Shown piece after piece: positions 20,941-30,339 of a DNA stretch of 64,000 nucleotides. The stretch is from NCBI GenBank assembly GCA_045634945.1, contig JAZRBG010000038.1, positions 178,521 through 242,520 of the forward strand. The letters are read 5' to 3'. The stretch's first letter is position 1. The number at the start of each line of letters is the position of its first letter. The notes under the pieces were generated by a model that saw nothing but the letters and a program-made list of their open reading frames with translations, did no database searches and was not told where the DNA came from. Both the position numbers and the translations under genes were made by a program. The stretch comes from Akkermansia sp. (GTDB taxonomy: Bacteria; Verrucomicrobiota; Verrucomicrobiia; Verrucomicrobiales; Akkermansiaceae).

Positions 20941-21549
20941 ATGAAAACCAAAATCTTTACAATTTCAGCCGTAACTCTTGCCCTGAGTGCATGCAGTAAT
21001 CCGTACTCCGATTGGGAATTACCTAACGTAGTGCGCAGAAACCAACCGCAGCCCGTTGTTCAGCCTACCCCCAAACCTACTCAGCAAGTACAACCTGAGT
21101 TTGAGAAACCCAAGGCCAAGCCCCAACCCAAGAAAACGCAGCAGGTGCAACCCGAGTTTGAAGCACCCAAGCCTCAGCCTAAAAAGGCTCAGCAGGTGCA
21201 GCCTGAGTTTGAAACACCCAAGCCCCAGCCTAAAAAGGCTCAGCAGGTACAACCTGAGTTTGAAGCCCCCAAGCCTCAGCCCCAAAAGGCTCAACAAGTG
21301 CAGCCTGAGTTGCCTAAGCCTGAGGTAAAACAAGCTCCTGCTCCCAAGCCGGTTGTTGAGGCCCCCGCTCCCAAACCCGTTGCCGTAGCAGCCAAGCCCA
21401 AGACACAGGTGCAACCCACCTTTGAGCAGCCCGCACGTAAACCTGTTCAAGTGCAAAGCTACACACCGCGCCCCGTCATGACACAAGCTCAGAAAGCACA
21501 ATACCCCGTCATGCCCGGTCAGAACCGCGCCCTTAAGCGTCGCCGTTAA
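20941..21549 (+). CDS. Lipoprotein with a Pro/Lys/Gln-rich tandem-repeat region
   Basis: Lipobox LALSAC followed by 4.5 copies of QQVQPEFExPKPQPKKA. Confidence 0.7.
   Translation: MKTKIFTISAVTLALSACSNPYSDWELPNVVRRNQPQPVVQPTPKPTQQVQPEFEKPKAKPQPKKTQQVQPEFEAPKPQPKKAQQVQPEFETPKPQPKKAQQVQPEFEAPKPQPQKAQQVQPELPKPEVKQAPAPKPVVEAPAPKPVAVAAKPKTQVQPTFEQPARKPVQVQSYTPRPVMTQAQKAQYPVMPGQNRALKRRR
21082..21320 (+). repeat. In-frame tandem repeat, about 4.5 units of 51 nt (the first unit is 57 nt)
   Basis: CAGCAGGTGCAACCCGAGTTTGAAGCACCCAAGCCTCAGCCTAAAAAGGCT recurs with mostly synonymous differences. Confidence 0.85.
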
Positions 21550-21551
21550 TT

Positions 21552-22280
21552 ATGGCAAAACAACGTCTCGATGTCATCGTTGCTGCGCGGGGGCTGTGTG
21601 ACTCCCGCGAGCAGGGGCGGCGTCTCATTATCAGTGGAGACGTCACCGTAGACGGCAAAGTCATCAACAAACCCGGCACCAAAGTTGATGATACCGCCGA
21701 CATCGAGGTTCACAACAAGCCCCGCTACGTTAGCCGCGGTGGACTCAAGCTGGAGGGCGCCCTCAAGGAATTTCCCGTCAGCCCTGCGGGTAAAGTTTGT
21801 TTGGATATCGGAGCCTCTACCGGTGGCTTTACGGACTGTCTTTTGCAAAACGGTGCCATACGCGTGCACGCCGTAGATGTTGGTGTAGACCAACTTGTCG
21901 ACAAGTTGCGCCAAGACCCGCGCGTGGTGGTTAAAGAGCATTTCAACGCGCGCTACATGACCCCGGAGGATTTGGGTGAAAAAGTACAGCTGATTGTGAG
22001 TGATGTTTCGTTCATCTCACTCACCCGCATTTTACCGGCGGCATACGCCTGCTTGGCAGAAGGCGGTGATATGCTTGTGCTGGTAAAGCCCCAGTTTGAA
22101 TTACAGCCCGAGGATATAGGACCCGGTGGCATTGTACGCAACCCCGCCCTGCACCAACGTGCCGTTGACCGTATTCGCGATTTCGTGGTCAATGAATTAC
22201 ACCGAGAGTGGATGGGCGTTGCTGACTCCCCCATTAAAGGCATGGACGGCAACAGGGAGTTCCTGGCTTGGCTCAAGTAA
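21552..22280 (+). CDS. tlyA: TlyA-family rRNA 2'-O-methyltransferase
   Basis: An S4 domain (RLDVIVAARGLCDSREQGRRLIISGDVTVDGKV) plus an FtsJ-like methyltransferase with DIGASTGGFTDC. Confidence 0.9.
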   Translation: MAKQRLDVIVAARGLCDSREQGRRLIISGDVTVDGKVINKPGTKVDDTADIEVHNKPRYVSRGGLKLEGALKEFPVSPAGKVCLDIGASTGGFTDCLLQNGAIRVHAVDVGVDQLVDKLRQDPRVVVKEHFNARYMTPEDLGEKVQLIVSDVSFISLTRILPAAYACLAEGGDMLVLVKPQFELQPEDIGPGGIVRNPALHQRAVDRIRDFVVNELHREWMGVADSPIKGMDGNREFLAWLK

Positions 22281-22674
22281 ACAGTTTTTCCTCAAAGACT
22301 ACAAAAAAAGGGATGAGTTGCTGACTCACCCCTTTTTTATCGGAAGCCACTTTACGTTTTTTACTGAGCAGCAGCCCCAATGGCAGAGTAAGAATCACAG
22401 AAGGGATTGAGCCATAGTCCACAATCCAAGGCAACCACACCAACCACATTTTACCCTTTACAAGCTCATAGGGCAAACCGCAGAGAAGAAAAATAACACC
22501 GACTGCAAGTAGTATCCCCCCTATAAAAGGAGTTACCCCATCAGGTCGTTTGTACTGAGGATTATTTATTCTTCGGTAAATCCAAGCAATTTTATAATAC
22601 CAATTCAGCAAGGCCATCAGTCCCCCGACAGAGAGAAAGATACAGCCTATGCAAATGCAGATGATTTCACTCAT
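22273..22674 (-). CDS. Hypothetical small membrane protein
   Basis: Three or four hydrophobic segments. Its 3' end overlaps the tlyA stop region by 8 nt (convergent). No homology recognised. Confidence 0.4.
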   Translation of the reverse strand: MSEIICICIGCIFLSVGGLMALLNWYYKIAWIYRRINNPQYKRPDGVTPFIGGILLAVGVIFLLCGLPYELVKGKMWLVWLPWIVDYGSIPSVILTLPLGLLLSKKRKVASDKKGVSQQLIPFFVVFEEKLFT

Positions 22675-22689
22675 AGAGCTTGTTGGCAG

Positions 22690-22722
22690 AAAAACCCCGT
22701 CAAAGTATAAGCTCTGACGGGG
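22690..22722 (-). terminator. Rho-independent terminator after nahK
   Basis: Stem CCCCGTCA / TGACGGGG with a T-run on the minus strand. Confidence 0.6.
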
Positions 22723-22753
22723 CTTTCAAGTATCAGTATGAAAACAAAGAGAA

Positions 22754-23845
22754 TCAGTATTTCTCCACAACCTTCATCATGGCGTCCATCTGAGCCTCAA
22801 TGGACTCTACGAGGGCAATCTGGGTGCGGCAGCGATCCAGATTGTGCTCGGGGCGCTTAATCTTGAAGTAGGTGTCACCCTCCAAGTAGTCGGTCAGGAA
22901 GCGCATACCGCACTCCATGGTGAGCAACTTACCGGAGAACGGAAGCAGCTCCTTCTCCAACGGAGTAAGGAAGGTAGCAGCCTCGCAGTAGCCCTTGGCC
23001 AGAGCCTCAAAGTACTCCATGCGCATGGTGACAAGAGAAGTGTTCTTCTCATCCTCTGCAGCGGGGGAAGTAGAGGTACGAATCATATCACCGAAGTCAT
23101 ACAGGGAGGAACCCGGCATGGTGGTATCAAGGTCGATTACGCAAATACCCTCACCCGTCACGTCATCAAGCATTACATTGTTGAGCTTGGTGTCATTGTG
23201 AGTCACACGCAGGGGCAGCTCACCGCTGGCAAGGTAGTTAACAACCTTGTGGCAGTCAGCCTCACGAGCCAAGAACCAATCAATCTCCTTACGCACGGAA
23301 GCGGCACGGCCCAGAGAGTCGGCCTCCAAAGCGGCTTGGAAGTTCTTGAAACGCTTGGTGGTGTTGTGGAAATCGGGAATCGTCTCAAAGAGGGGAGCAC
23401 CGGGAAGATTGGCACCCAGCTTCTGGAAGTTACCGAAAGCACGGGCAACCTCAATGCATTGGCCGGGGTTCTCAATCATATCGTACGTGCGGGCACGGTC
23501 AATGAAAGGATACACACGCCAAATGTTACCCTCATCGTCCTGAGCATAAGGCTTGCCATCCTTGGCATTTACGATGGTGAGCGTACGGCGGTATGCCTCC
23601 TTGCAGCCCTCCTCCAACAACACGCGCAGAGCCTCATCGGTCACACGCTTAACATTCTCCATCAGCGGAATGGGCTGGCGGAAAACATTGCTGTTAATGC
23701 GCTGCAAGATGTAGCTCACACGCAGACCGGCTTGGTCTACGATAACACGGAAAGTGTCGTTAATATGACCGGAACCGTAGGGAGCGCCGCAAACATAGTC
23801 GCCGCGCAGGTCAAACATCCCGGCAATGGACTTAATATCGTACAT
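22754..23845 (-). CDS. nahK: N-acetylhexosamine 1-kinase (NahK-like, APH-fold phosphotransferase)
   Basis: Close by-eye resemblance to bifidobacterial NahK (RVTHNDTKLNNVMLD, IDLDTTMPGS, LLPFSGKLLTMECGMRFLTDYLEGDTYF). Confidence 0.8.
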   Translation of the reverse strand: MYDIKSIAGMFDLRGDYVCGAPYGSGHINDTFRVIVDQAGLRVSYILQRINSNVFRQPIPLMENVKRVTDEALRVLLEEGCKEAYRRTLTIVNAKDGKPYAQDDEGNIWRVYPFIDRARTYDMIENPGQCIEVARAFGNFQKLGANLPGAPLFETIPDFHNTTKRFKNFQAALEADSLGRAASVRKEIDWFLAREADCHKVVNYLASGELPLRVTHNDTKLNNVMLDDVTGEGICVIDLDTTMPGSSLYDFGDMIRTSTSPAAEDEKNTSLVTMRMEYFEALAKGYCEAATFLTPLEKELLPFSGKLLTMECGMRFLTDYLEGDTYFKIKRPEHNLDRCRTQIALVESIEAQMDAMMKVVEKY

Positions 23846-23856
23846 GGTCTGATAAA

Positions 23857-24765
23857 TTAACCGAGTTTAGCGGGATATACACCATCCTCAACCAGCTTGG
23901 CAATGCTCTCTACAACAGCAGGTTTGTCGCTGGGGTAGGTAACACCCAACCAGTTAGCGGTGGTCTTGATAACGCTGCAATCAGCCTTACCGTTGTGAAT
24001 GAGCTCATCAACAACAGTGGGGATGTAGCACTCGCTCTTCAGCTCAGCACCGTGCTCAGCCATGAAGTGAGTGAAGTGCTCCTTGATACGCTCAATGAAG
24101 CTGGCGGGGAATACCCAGAAGTTCATGGAAACGAGCTCCTCGGGGTCAACGGGATTGCGGACGCCGCTCAAGCTGTCGCCACGGCATACACCATCCTCTT
24201 CCATCTTAATCTTGGTGTACTCTTCAACGCTGTCAAGGTAACCATCCTTGATACCGCAGATACCGCGGTTCACATCACCATGGTCGCTCAGCGTATTCTT
24301 GAGGGGATAACCAATCATACCGTAGTGCTCCTTGCAGGGGCAACCGGGCTCAGCAGTAAGGAACTCAGCAGCCTTGGTAAAGGCGTCAGCTCCATAGAAA
24401 TCATCTGCATTCACCACGCCGAACGGCTCTTTTACAATATCACGAGCAGCAAGCAAAGCGTGGGCAGTACCCCAAGGCTTTACACGCCCCTCCGGCACAC
24501 TGTAACCCTCGGGCAAATCCTCCAGGCACTGGAAAGCGTAGTCCACCTCAATTTTGCCGGCAAAACGTGCACCTACCTGGCTCTTGAATGCCTCCTCGAA
24601 ATCCTTACGAATGATGAACACCACCTTACCGAAGCCGGCACGGATTGCATCATAAACGGAATAATCAAGAATTACTTCACCGTTGGGGCCCATGGGGTCC
24701 AACTGCTTGAGGCCACCGTAACGGCTGCCCATACCTGCTGCGAGAACAAGAAGTGTAGGTTTCAT
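23857..24765 (-). CDS. Sugar-1-phosphate nucleotidyltransferase
   Basis: N-terminal LVLAAGMGSRYGGLKQLDPMG NTP-transferase motif. I set the start at ATG 24765 because the listed start 24825 lies in the predicted -35. Confidence 0.8.
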   Translation of the reverse strand: MKPTLLVLAAGMGSRYGGLKQLDPMGPNGEVILDYSVYDAIRAGFGKVVFIIRKDFEEAFKSQVGARFAGKIEVDYAFQCLEDLPEGYSVPEGRVKPWGTAHALLAARDIVKEPFGVVNADDFYGADAFTKAAEFLTAEPGCPCKEHYGMIGYPLKNTLSDHGDVNRGICGIKDGYLDSVEEYTKIKMEEDGVCRGDSLSGVRNPVDPEELVSMNFWVFPASFIERIKEHFTHFMAEHGAELKSECYIPTVVDELIHNGKADCSVIKTTANWLGVTYPSDKPAVVESIAKLVEDGVYPAKLG

Positions 24766-24796
24766 AATAAAATTGTAGTACTGTCGGTACGAGCGT

Positions 24797-24825
24797 ATTC
24801 TACTCATTCCTGTGGAACATTGCAA
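24797..24825 (-). promoter_or_regulatory. Putative promoter TTGCAA-17-TAGAAT for the nucleotidyltransferase-nahK operon
   Basis: The hexamers were read on the minus strand, immediately after the metH terminator. Confidence 0.5.
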
Positions 24826-24826
24826 G

Positions 24827-24871
24827 CAAAAAGCGCGAGAAACAGGGTGATTTTCACCGTTTCGCGCGCTT
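24827..24871 (-). terminator. Rho-independent terminator after metH
   Basis: 13-bp stem with one mismatch (AAGCGCGAGAAAC / GTTTCGCGCGCTT) and a T-run on the minus strand. Confidence 0.65.
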
Positions 24872-24890
24872 AATCATCACGTCATCAGAA

Positions 24891-27800
24891 TCAAACCGGC
24901 AACTTATGTCCGCTGCGGGATTCGTAATCGGCGCGTTGGTCATCGCCAATGGGGCCTACGGCAAAGTAGCGAGCCTCGGGGTGATTGAAGACAAGCGCGC
25001 AGATGGCAGAGGCAGGCTGCATCATGCAGGTTTCGGTAAGCGTGGTACCGGTACGCTCCGTTGCATTAAGCAAGGTAAAGACCGTGTGTTTTTCCCGGTG
25101 GTCAGGTTGGGAGGGGTAACCGCAAGCCGGGCGAACCATGGAGGAAGCCTCCACCGACCACACCTGTTCCATGCAATCTTGGGTGCATTCTGCAAGAGCC
25201 TCAGCCAGCATATTGGCGAGTGCGGCAATCAGCAACGCATTATAGGGGTCATTGGCGGCATTGAGCTCGGCGCTCCACTCATCAGCCCCTGTGATAGCCA
25301 TTTGCATGGCGCCTACATAGCCGTTCTGCGTTGACACAAAATCTGCCAGAGCCACGCGTGGTTTATCACTGACTTTCTGCTGACGCAGGCTGTACAACAC
25401 CGTACCGCCCTGCACCACCATGTCATCCCCTTGTCGGGATGCAGGCCAAATACCGAAACAGGAGCGCGCCTGCAAACGGTTTTCTTTGAGAGCACGCTGC
25501 AAAAGAGCCTCGGCATCCGAGCGCAGCTTTTCAGCCTCACGTTTTTTCTCCTCAGACTTGGCTCCATTCATACCGAAAGTGCGCAGCGTGATACTCCAAT
25601 CAGCCTTGGCAAGCAGTTGCTCCCAGCTGAGGGGGAAATCCGGCTGCGGTGTATGGCAAGCACAACCGTACGGCACACCCACGGTGAACACGCCCGTGCG
25701 CAACGGTTGCGGCTGAGCGGCCGGACTGTTGAGAGCCTGATTGCGGGCAGCATCCAGAGAAAGCAAGGGAATATCTTTCTGCTCAAACTCCGCACACAAA
25801 CGAGCCTGCTCCAGCCTGTGCTCTGCAATGAAATCTGCACGAGACGAACCGATAAGCGCCGATGCCACGGGCACAATGGTTGAAGCATCTGCCGTTTGCA
25901 CCACAACACCGGCAGGATAGTGCGGTGCAAGTTTAAGAGCCGTATGCAGCGGGCTTGTGGTAGCACCACCCACCAGCAAGGGGGTGGTCATGCCGGCCTC
26001 TTGCATGGCAGCAGCTACGGCTGCCATTTCATCCAATGAGGGCGTAATAAGCCCGGAGAGAGCAACCAAATCAGCCTTTTCTCGCAAAGCCGTTTCAATA
26101 ATCGTCTCTTTGGGCACCATCACCCCAAGGTCAATCACACGGAATCCATTGCAAGAGAGCACTACACTGACGATATTTTTACCGATATCATGCACGTCTC
26201 CCTTTACCGTAGCAATCACAACAGTGGCAGCTGAGCTTTGCCCTGCCTTTTCTGCCTCCAGCAAGGGGGTAAGCACGGCCACGCTCTGCTTCATCACACG
26301 AGCACTCTTTACCACTTGGGGCAAGAACATCTTACCACTGCCGAAGAGGTCGCCCACCTGCTTCATACCATCCATCAAGGGCCCCTCAATCACCTGCAAG
26401 GGGGTGCCGCACAGAGCCAAAGCCTCACGGGTATCGGCTTCGATATGCTCTGTAATACCGTTCACCAAGGCATGCGCCAAGCGCTCCTGCACACTCAGGG
26501 TGCGCCAATCTGCCTGCTGTTTGGCTACGGGTGCAGAAGCCCCCGCACCTGCGGCTTTGAGAGCAGCTTTGGCTTCTGCCAACTCTTGAGCATAGGCAAT
26601 CAGGCATTCCGTTGCGTCTTCACAACTGTTAAGCAGCACGTCCTCTACCAACTTACGGCGGTGGGCGGGTATGGTATCATAATCTGTCATGAGTGCGGCA
26701 TTGACGATACACAAATCCAACCCACCGAGAGCGGCATGGTGCAAGAACGCACTGTGCATGGACTCTCTCACGGGATTATTGCCACGGAACGAGAATGACA
26801 CATTGGAAATACCGCCGGAAATGTGGCTGAGCGGGTGGCAGCGCGTAATCTCTGCCGCAGCTTGGAAGAAATGCAGGGCGTGGTTAGCATGCTCCGCAAT
26901 GCCGGTACCCACGGTAAGCACGTTGGGGTCAAAGATGATATCTTCTGCCGGGAAACCGACTTTCTCCGTCAAAAGCTCATAGGCACGGTGAGCAATGGAT
27001 ACACGGTCATCATAACCGCAAGCTTGCCCCTTTTCATCAAAGCCCATCACCACCACGGCAGCACCATAGCGGCGAATGATGCGAGCTTGGCGCAAGAACT
27101 CATCTTCTCCGTTTTTCAGAGAAATGGAATTAACAATACCCTTACCCTGTACACAGCGCAGGCCGGCTTCAATCACCTCCCATTTGGAGGAGTCAATCAT
27201 GCAGGGCACGCGGGCAATATCCGGCTCGGCAGCCACCAGATTCAAGAATCGGGTCATGGCGGCGGGGCCGTCTATCATGCCGTCATCAAAGCAGAAATCC
27301 AACACCTTGGCACCCTTTTGCACTTGCGTGCGGGCAATCTCCAAGGCTTCTTCATAGTTACCTTCACGAATCAGGCGGGCAAACTTGGGAGAACCGGCCA
27401 CATTGCAACGCTCGCCGATAAACATGATACCCTCACGGCGGTGGTGACGGCAAGGCTCCAACCCGGACAAATACAGCGTACCGTCCGTTTCATGCTCAGG
27501 AATCATACGCGGAGCATACCCCTGCACGGCCTCACGTATAGCGGCAATATATTCAGGCGTTGTGCCACAGCAACCGCCTACAAAGTTAAGAAGCCCCTGC
27601 TCTGCATAATCCTTAAGAATACCCGCCATGTGCTCAGCCGTGTGGGCATACCCGCTCGGGCTGAGGGGATCCGGCAAGCCGGCGTTGGGATACATGCTGA
27701 CGGCGCAATCTGCCAAACGATTCAATTCCTGAGCAAAAGGCAGCATCAAATCAGCACCCAAGGCACAGTTGATACCGATGGAAAGCGGCTTGGCATGGCG

Positions 27801-28586
27801 AATGGAGTACCAGAAAGCCTCTACCGTTTGACCGCTCAGGGTGCGTCCGGCGCGGTCCGTAATGGTAAAGCTTATCATTACGGGCGGCAACTCTCGTTCA
27901 TCCCTGAGCTCTTCAATGGCATACAGGCAGGCCTTGGCATTCAGCGTATCAAAAATGGTCTCCAACAGCAGAACATCCACACCGCCGTCAGCTAAGGCAA
28001 TTACCTGCTCGCGGTAGGCGCGCCGCAGTTGGTCGAAGTTCACGGCTCTGAACCCTGGGTCATTCACATCCGGAGAAAGGGAAGCCGTAACAGCCATGGG
28101 GCCAATGGAGCCTGCAACCAAGCGGGGGCGTCCGTCGGCAGCCTCGGCCGCATCCGTTGCAGCGCGGGCAATGCGGCAGGCAGCCAAGTTCATCTCACGC
28201 ACCAACTCTGCCAAGGGGGCATCAGCCAACACGCCCTCGTAGTATGCTTGGTCATGCTTGCAAGGTGCCACATGGTGAAAAAACTCATGCTGCCCGATAC
28301 AAGTGGCGGAGAACGTACAGGTGCTGATGATATCCGACCCGGCGGCAAGGTACTGATCGCACATATCACGAATAATGTCAGGGCGACTCAACACCAGCAC
28401 ATCATTATTATTCTTAAGGTCCTGCGGATACAGAGCAAGGTCAGCAAAACGATTACCGCGGTAATCGGATTCCTGTAAACGGTGTTTCTGAATCATGGTA
28501 CCCTGTGCGCCATCCAGCATCAGGATGCGCTTGGGCATTTCATTCTCAAGATATTCTCTTCTGGTTTGAGCCGTACTCATGAGCAT
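24891..28586 (-). CDS. metH: Cobalamin-dependent methionine synthase
   Basis: About 1230 aa covering the Hcy-binding, pterin-binding, B12-binding ([11 protein letters not shown]) and AdoMet-activation domains. An alternative ATG is at 28580. Confidence 0.95.
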   Translation of the reverse strand: MLMSTAQTRREYLENEMPKRILMLDGAQGTMIQKHRLQESDYRGNRFADLALYPQDLKNNNDVLVLSRPDIIRDMCDQYLAAGSDIISTCTFSATCIGQHEFFHHVAPCKHDQAYYEGVLADAPLAELVREMNLAACRIARAATDAAEAADGRPRLVAGSIGPMAVTASLSPDVNDPGFRAVNFDQLRRAYREQVIALADGGVDVLLLETIFDTLNAKACLYAIEELRDERELPPVMISFTITDRAGRTLSGQTVEAFWYSIRHAKPLSIGINCALGADLMLPFAQELNRLADCAVSMYPNAGLPDPLSPSGYAHTAEHMAGILKDYAEQGLLNFVGGCCGTTPEYIAAIREAVQGYAPRMIPEHETDGTLYLSGLEPCRHHRREGIMFIGERCNVAGSPKFARLIREGNYEEALEIARTQVQKGAKVLDFCFDDGMIDGPAAMTRFLNLVAAEPDIARVPCMIDSSKWEVIEAGLRCVQGKGIVNSISLKNGEDEFLRQARIIRRYGAAVVVMGFDEKGQACGYDDRVSIAHRAYELLTEKVGFPAEDIIFDPNVLTVGTGIAEHANHALHFFQAAAEITRCHPLSHISGGISNVSFSFRGNNPVRESMHSAFLHHAALGGLDLCIVNAALMTDYDTIPAHRRKLVEDVLLNSCEDATECLIAYAQELAEAKAALKAAGAGASAPVAKQQADWRTLSVQERLAHALVNGITEHIEADTREALALCGTPLQVIEGPLMDGMKQVGDLFGSGKMFLPQVVKSARVMKQSVAVLTPLLEAEKAGQSSAATVVIATVKGDVHDIGKNIVSVVLSCNGFRVIDLGVMVPKETIIETALREKADLVALSGLITPSLDEMAAVAAAMQEAGMTTPLLVGGATTSPLHTALKLAPHYPAGVVVQTADASTIVPVASALIGSSRADFIAEHRLEQARLCAEFEQKDIPLLSLDAARNQALNSPAAQPQPLRTGVFTVGVPYGCACHTPQPDFPLSWEQLLAKADWSITLRTFGMNGAKSEEKKREAEKLRSDAEALLQRALKENRLQARSCFGIWPASRQGDDMVVQGGTVLYSLRQQKVSDKPRVALADFVSTQNGYVGAMQMAITGADEWSAELNAANDPYNALLIAALANMLAEALAECTQDCMEQVWSVEASSMVRPACGYPSQPDHREKHTVFTLLNATERTGTTLTETCMMQPASAICALVFNHPEARYFAVGPIGDDQRADYESRSGHKLPV

Positions 28587-28606
28587 GCGTTCTCTTGTAT
28601 TTGAAT

Positions 28607-28635
28607 AAAAAAGGCGGCTTCATGCAGAAGCCGCC
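28607..28635 (-). terminator. Rho-independent terminator after nuoA
   Basis: Stem GGCGGCTTC / GAAGCCGCC with a 6-nt T-run on the minus strand. Confidence 0.7.
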
Positions 28636-28676
28636 GTAAAAATTGACAACATATCAAGCTGCGCGACTTCCGCGAA

Positions 28677-29069
28677 TCAGCTGCGGGGTTTGGGGTTGCG
28701 GTGCCATACGATAACGCCCTTACCCAGTGCATACAGGTAAGCTACCATCAATACGGCAATAAAAGCAGTCATAGCACCGAAAGCAGCAGCGTTATTCACC
28801 ACGAAATCCTTGAAGCCGAGAGCCCAGGGATACAGGAAAATTACCTCCAAGTCAAATACGAGGAAGAGAATGGCCACCATGTAGTACTTAATGGAGAAGA
28901 ATGCAGGAGCACCGTCACCCTCAGGAACGTTACCGCACTCATAAGGAACATCCTGAGCAGGACGAAGACGAGCACGACGGCCGAAAATAACACTGAGCAC
29001 AATGATCATACCGGCAAATCCGAAACCGGCGACCAACTGAATCAAAGCTGAAAAATATTCCTGTAACAT
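28677..29069 (-). CDS. nuoA: NADH-quinone oxidoreductase subunit A (stand-alone)
   Basis: Three TM helices and the NuoA/ND3 core YECG...FDLEVIFLYPWA. Confidence 0.85.
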   Translation of the reverse strand: MLQEYFSALIQLVAGFGFAGMIIVLSVIFGRRARLRPAQDVPYECGNVPEGDGAPAFFSIKYYMVAILFLVFDLEVIFLYPWALGFKDFVVNNAAAFGAMTAFIAVLMVAYLYALGKGVIVWHRNPKPRS

Positions 29070-29084
29070 GGCTGTAACGCGATT

Positions 29085-29113
29085 TTTATACCATTGAGCC
29101 GCTCACTTGTCAA
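29085..29113 (-). promoter_or_regulatory. Putative promoter TTGACA-17-TATAAA of nuoA
   Basis: A consensus -35 with a 17-nt spacer. The -10 ends 15 nt before the nuoA ATG. Confidence 0.55.
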
Positions 29114-29164
29114 GCAGTAACCTTGCCCGTTAACTGATTTTGCCCATTTAAAGTAAGAAAAAGC

Positions 29165-30271
29165 TCACGGTTTGTATACTCTGGGCACGCGTGAGGAGAT
29201 ACTGGTGATGATATTGCTGGGAATGGTTTTGGCACGGTCAGTAAGCTCAGACCAAGGCACGTGCGGCCCCATAATCTCTGCCACATCTCCGGATTTGACA
29301 CCGCTCATGTGTGAAACATCCACCATAATCTGGTCCATCGTAATGCGCCCGAGAATGGGGCAATACTCACCGTTAAGGTATACACGAGCCCCCGTATTGG
29401 ACAGGTAATGCAGGTAGCCATCGCCGAAACCGATGCCGATGGTAGCCACTTTAGTGGGACCGTGCGTGATGTATGTGTGGTCATAAGACACACCGTGATT
29501 ATCCGGCAACTCGCGCAACAAGGTCACACGGCTGTACAGAGTGAGGGTATTGCGAAGCTCTTTATTGTAAGGAGACGGCATGGGTGAATACCCGTACAAT
29601 ATGCGCCCCAAGCGCACCATATTGGTGCTGGGAGCTTTGTAATTAAACACGGCAGCACTGCTGCACAGGTGGCGGTACGGCAAATCCAAACTCACGGACA
29701 ACTCACGCACGGCAGCTTCATAGGCTCGTATCTGTTTATGAGTAAAAGAGATATCCTGAGATGCCGCAGAGAGGTGAGAGTACACACCCTCTATGTTGAG
29801 CCACTCATACTGGCGCAGTTTATCCCCCAAGCCCGGCATATCGTGCGGTAAAAACCCGGCACGCCCCATACCGGTATCCACATTGATATGCAGATTCACC
29901 TTTTTGTTGTAAAGTTTACCGAGGGAATTGTAATGCTCCGCCTCCTCAAGACCGCAAAGAGCGGCGCGCCAGCCGTTCAGAACAATGGCCTCTCTTTCGG
30001 CAGGGAAACTGGGGCCGAGCACAAAGGGGCAAGTATGGCACCCGGCGTCCAAAATACGCGCAGCCTCACTGACCGTAGCCACCCCGAAGAAACGGATATC
30101 GGCATCATCCAACGCTTTAACCACGCCTTCAATACCGTGACCGTAGGCCTCGGCTTTCACGATAGCCATGCGGCTGTGGTTGGGCATCACACGGCGCACC
30201 ACATTAAGATTGTGTTTCATGGCATCGGTATCAACCTCTGCCCAAGCGCGGAAAGTACTCGTATCCTGCAT
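29165..30271 (-). CDS. alr: Alanine racemase
   Basis: PLP-lysine context [13 protein letters not shown] set the start at ATG 30271 because the listed TTG 30301 lies in the promoter spacer. Confidence 0.9.
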   Translation of the reverse strand: MQDTSTFRAWAEVDTDAMKHNLNVVRRVMPNHSRMAIVKAEAYGHGIEGVVKALDDADIRFFGVATVSEAARILDAGCHTCPFVLGPSFPAEREAIVLNGWRAALCGLEEAEHYNSLGKLYNKKVNLHINVDTGMGRAGFLPHDMPGLGDKLRQYEWLNIEGVYSHLSAASQDISFTHKQIRAYEAAVRELSVSLDLPYRHLCSSAAVFNYKAPSTNMVRLGRILYGYSPMPSPYNKELRNTLTLYSRVTLLRELPDNHGVSYDHTYITHGPTKVATIGIGFGDGYLHYLSNTGARVYLNGEYCPILGRITMDQIMVDVSHMSGVKSGDVAEIMGPHVPWSELTDRAKTIPSNIITSISSRVPRVYKP

Positions 30272-30277
30272 GGCTGT

Positions 30278-30306
30278 ATTGTATAACGCCTGAGGGCGCA
30301 AATCAA
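30278..30306 (-). promoter_or_regulatory. Putative promoter TTGATT-17-TACAAT of alr
   Basis: The -10 ends 6 nt before ATG 30271, implying a leaderless transcript. Confidence 0.5.
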
Positions 30307-30339
30307 GTTAAATTGAGGAAAACGGGAGAGCTCAGGATA

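Noticed and set aside
21082-21320. Possible CRISPR-like or other non-coding repeat array.
   Set aside because: The repeats are contiguous with no spacers, in frame, and lie within a lipoprotein gene. I saw no CRISPR array or cas genes anywhere in the window.
28587-28676. Possible cobalamin or SAM riboswitch upstream of metH.
   Set aside because: The gap is only 90 nt and is mostly taken up by the nuoA terminator hairpin. No B12-box or SAM-I core sequence is visible.
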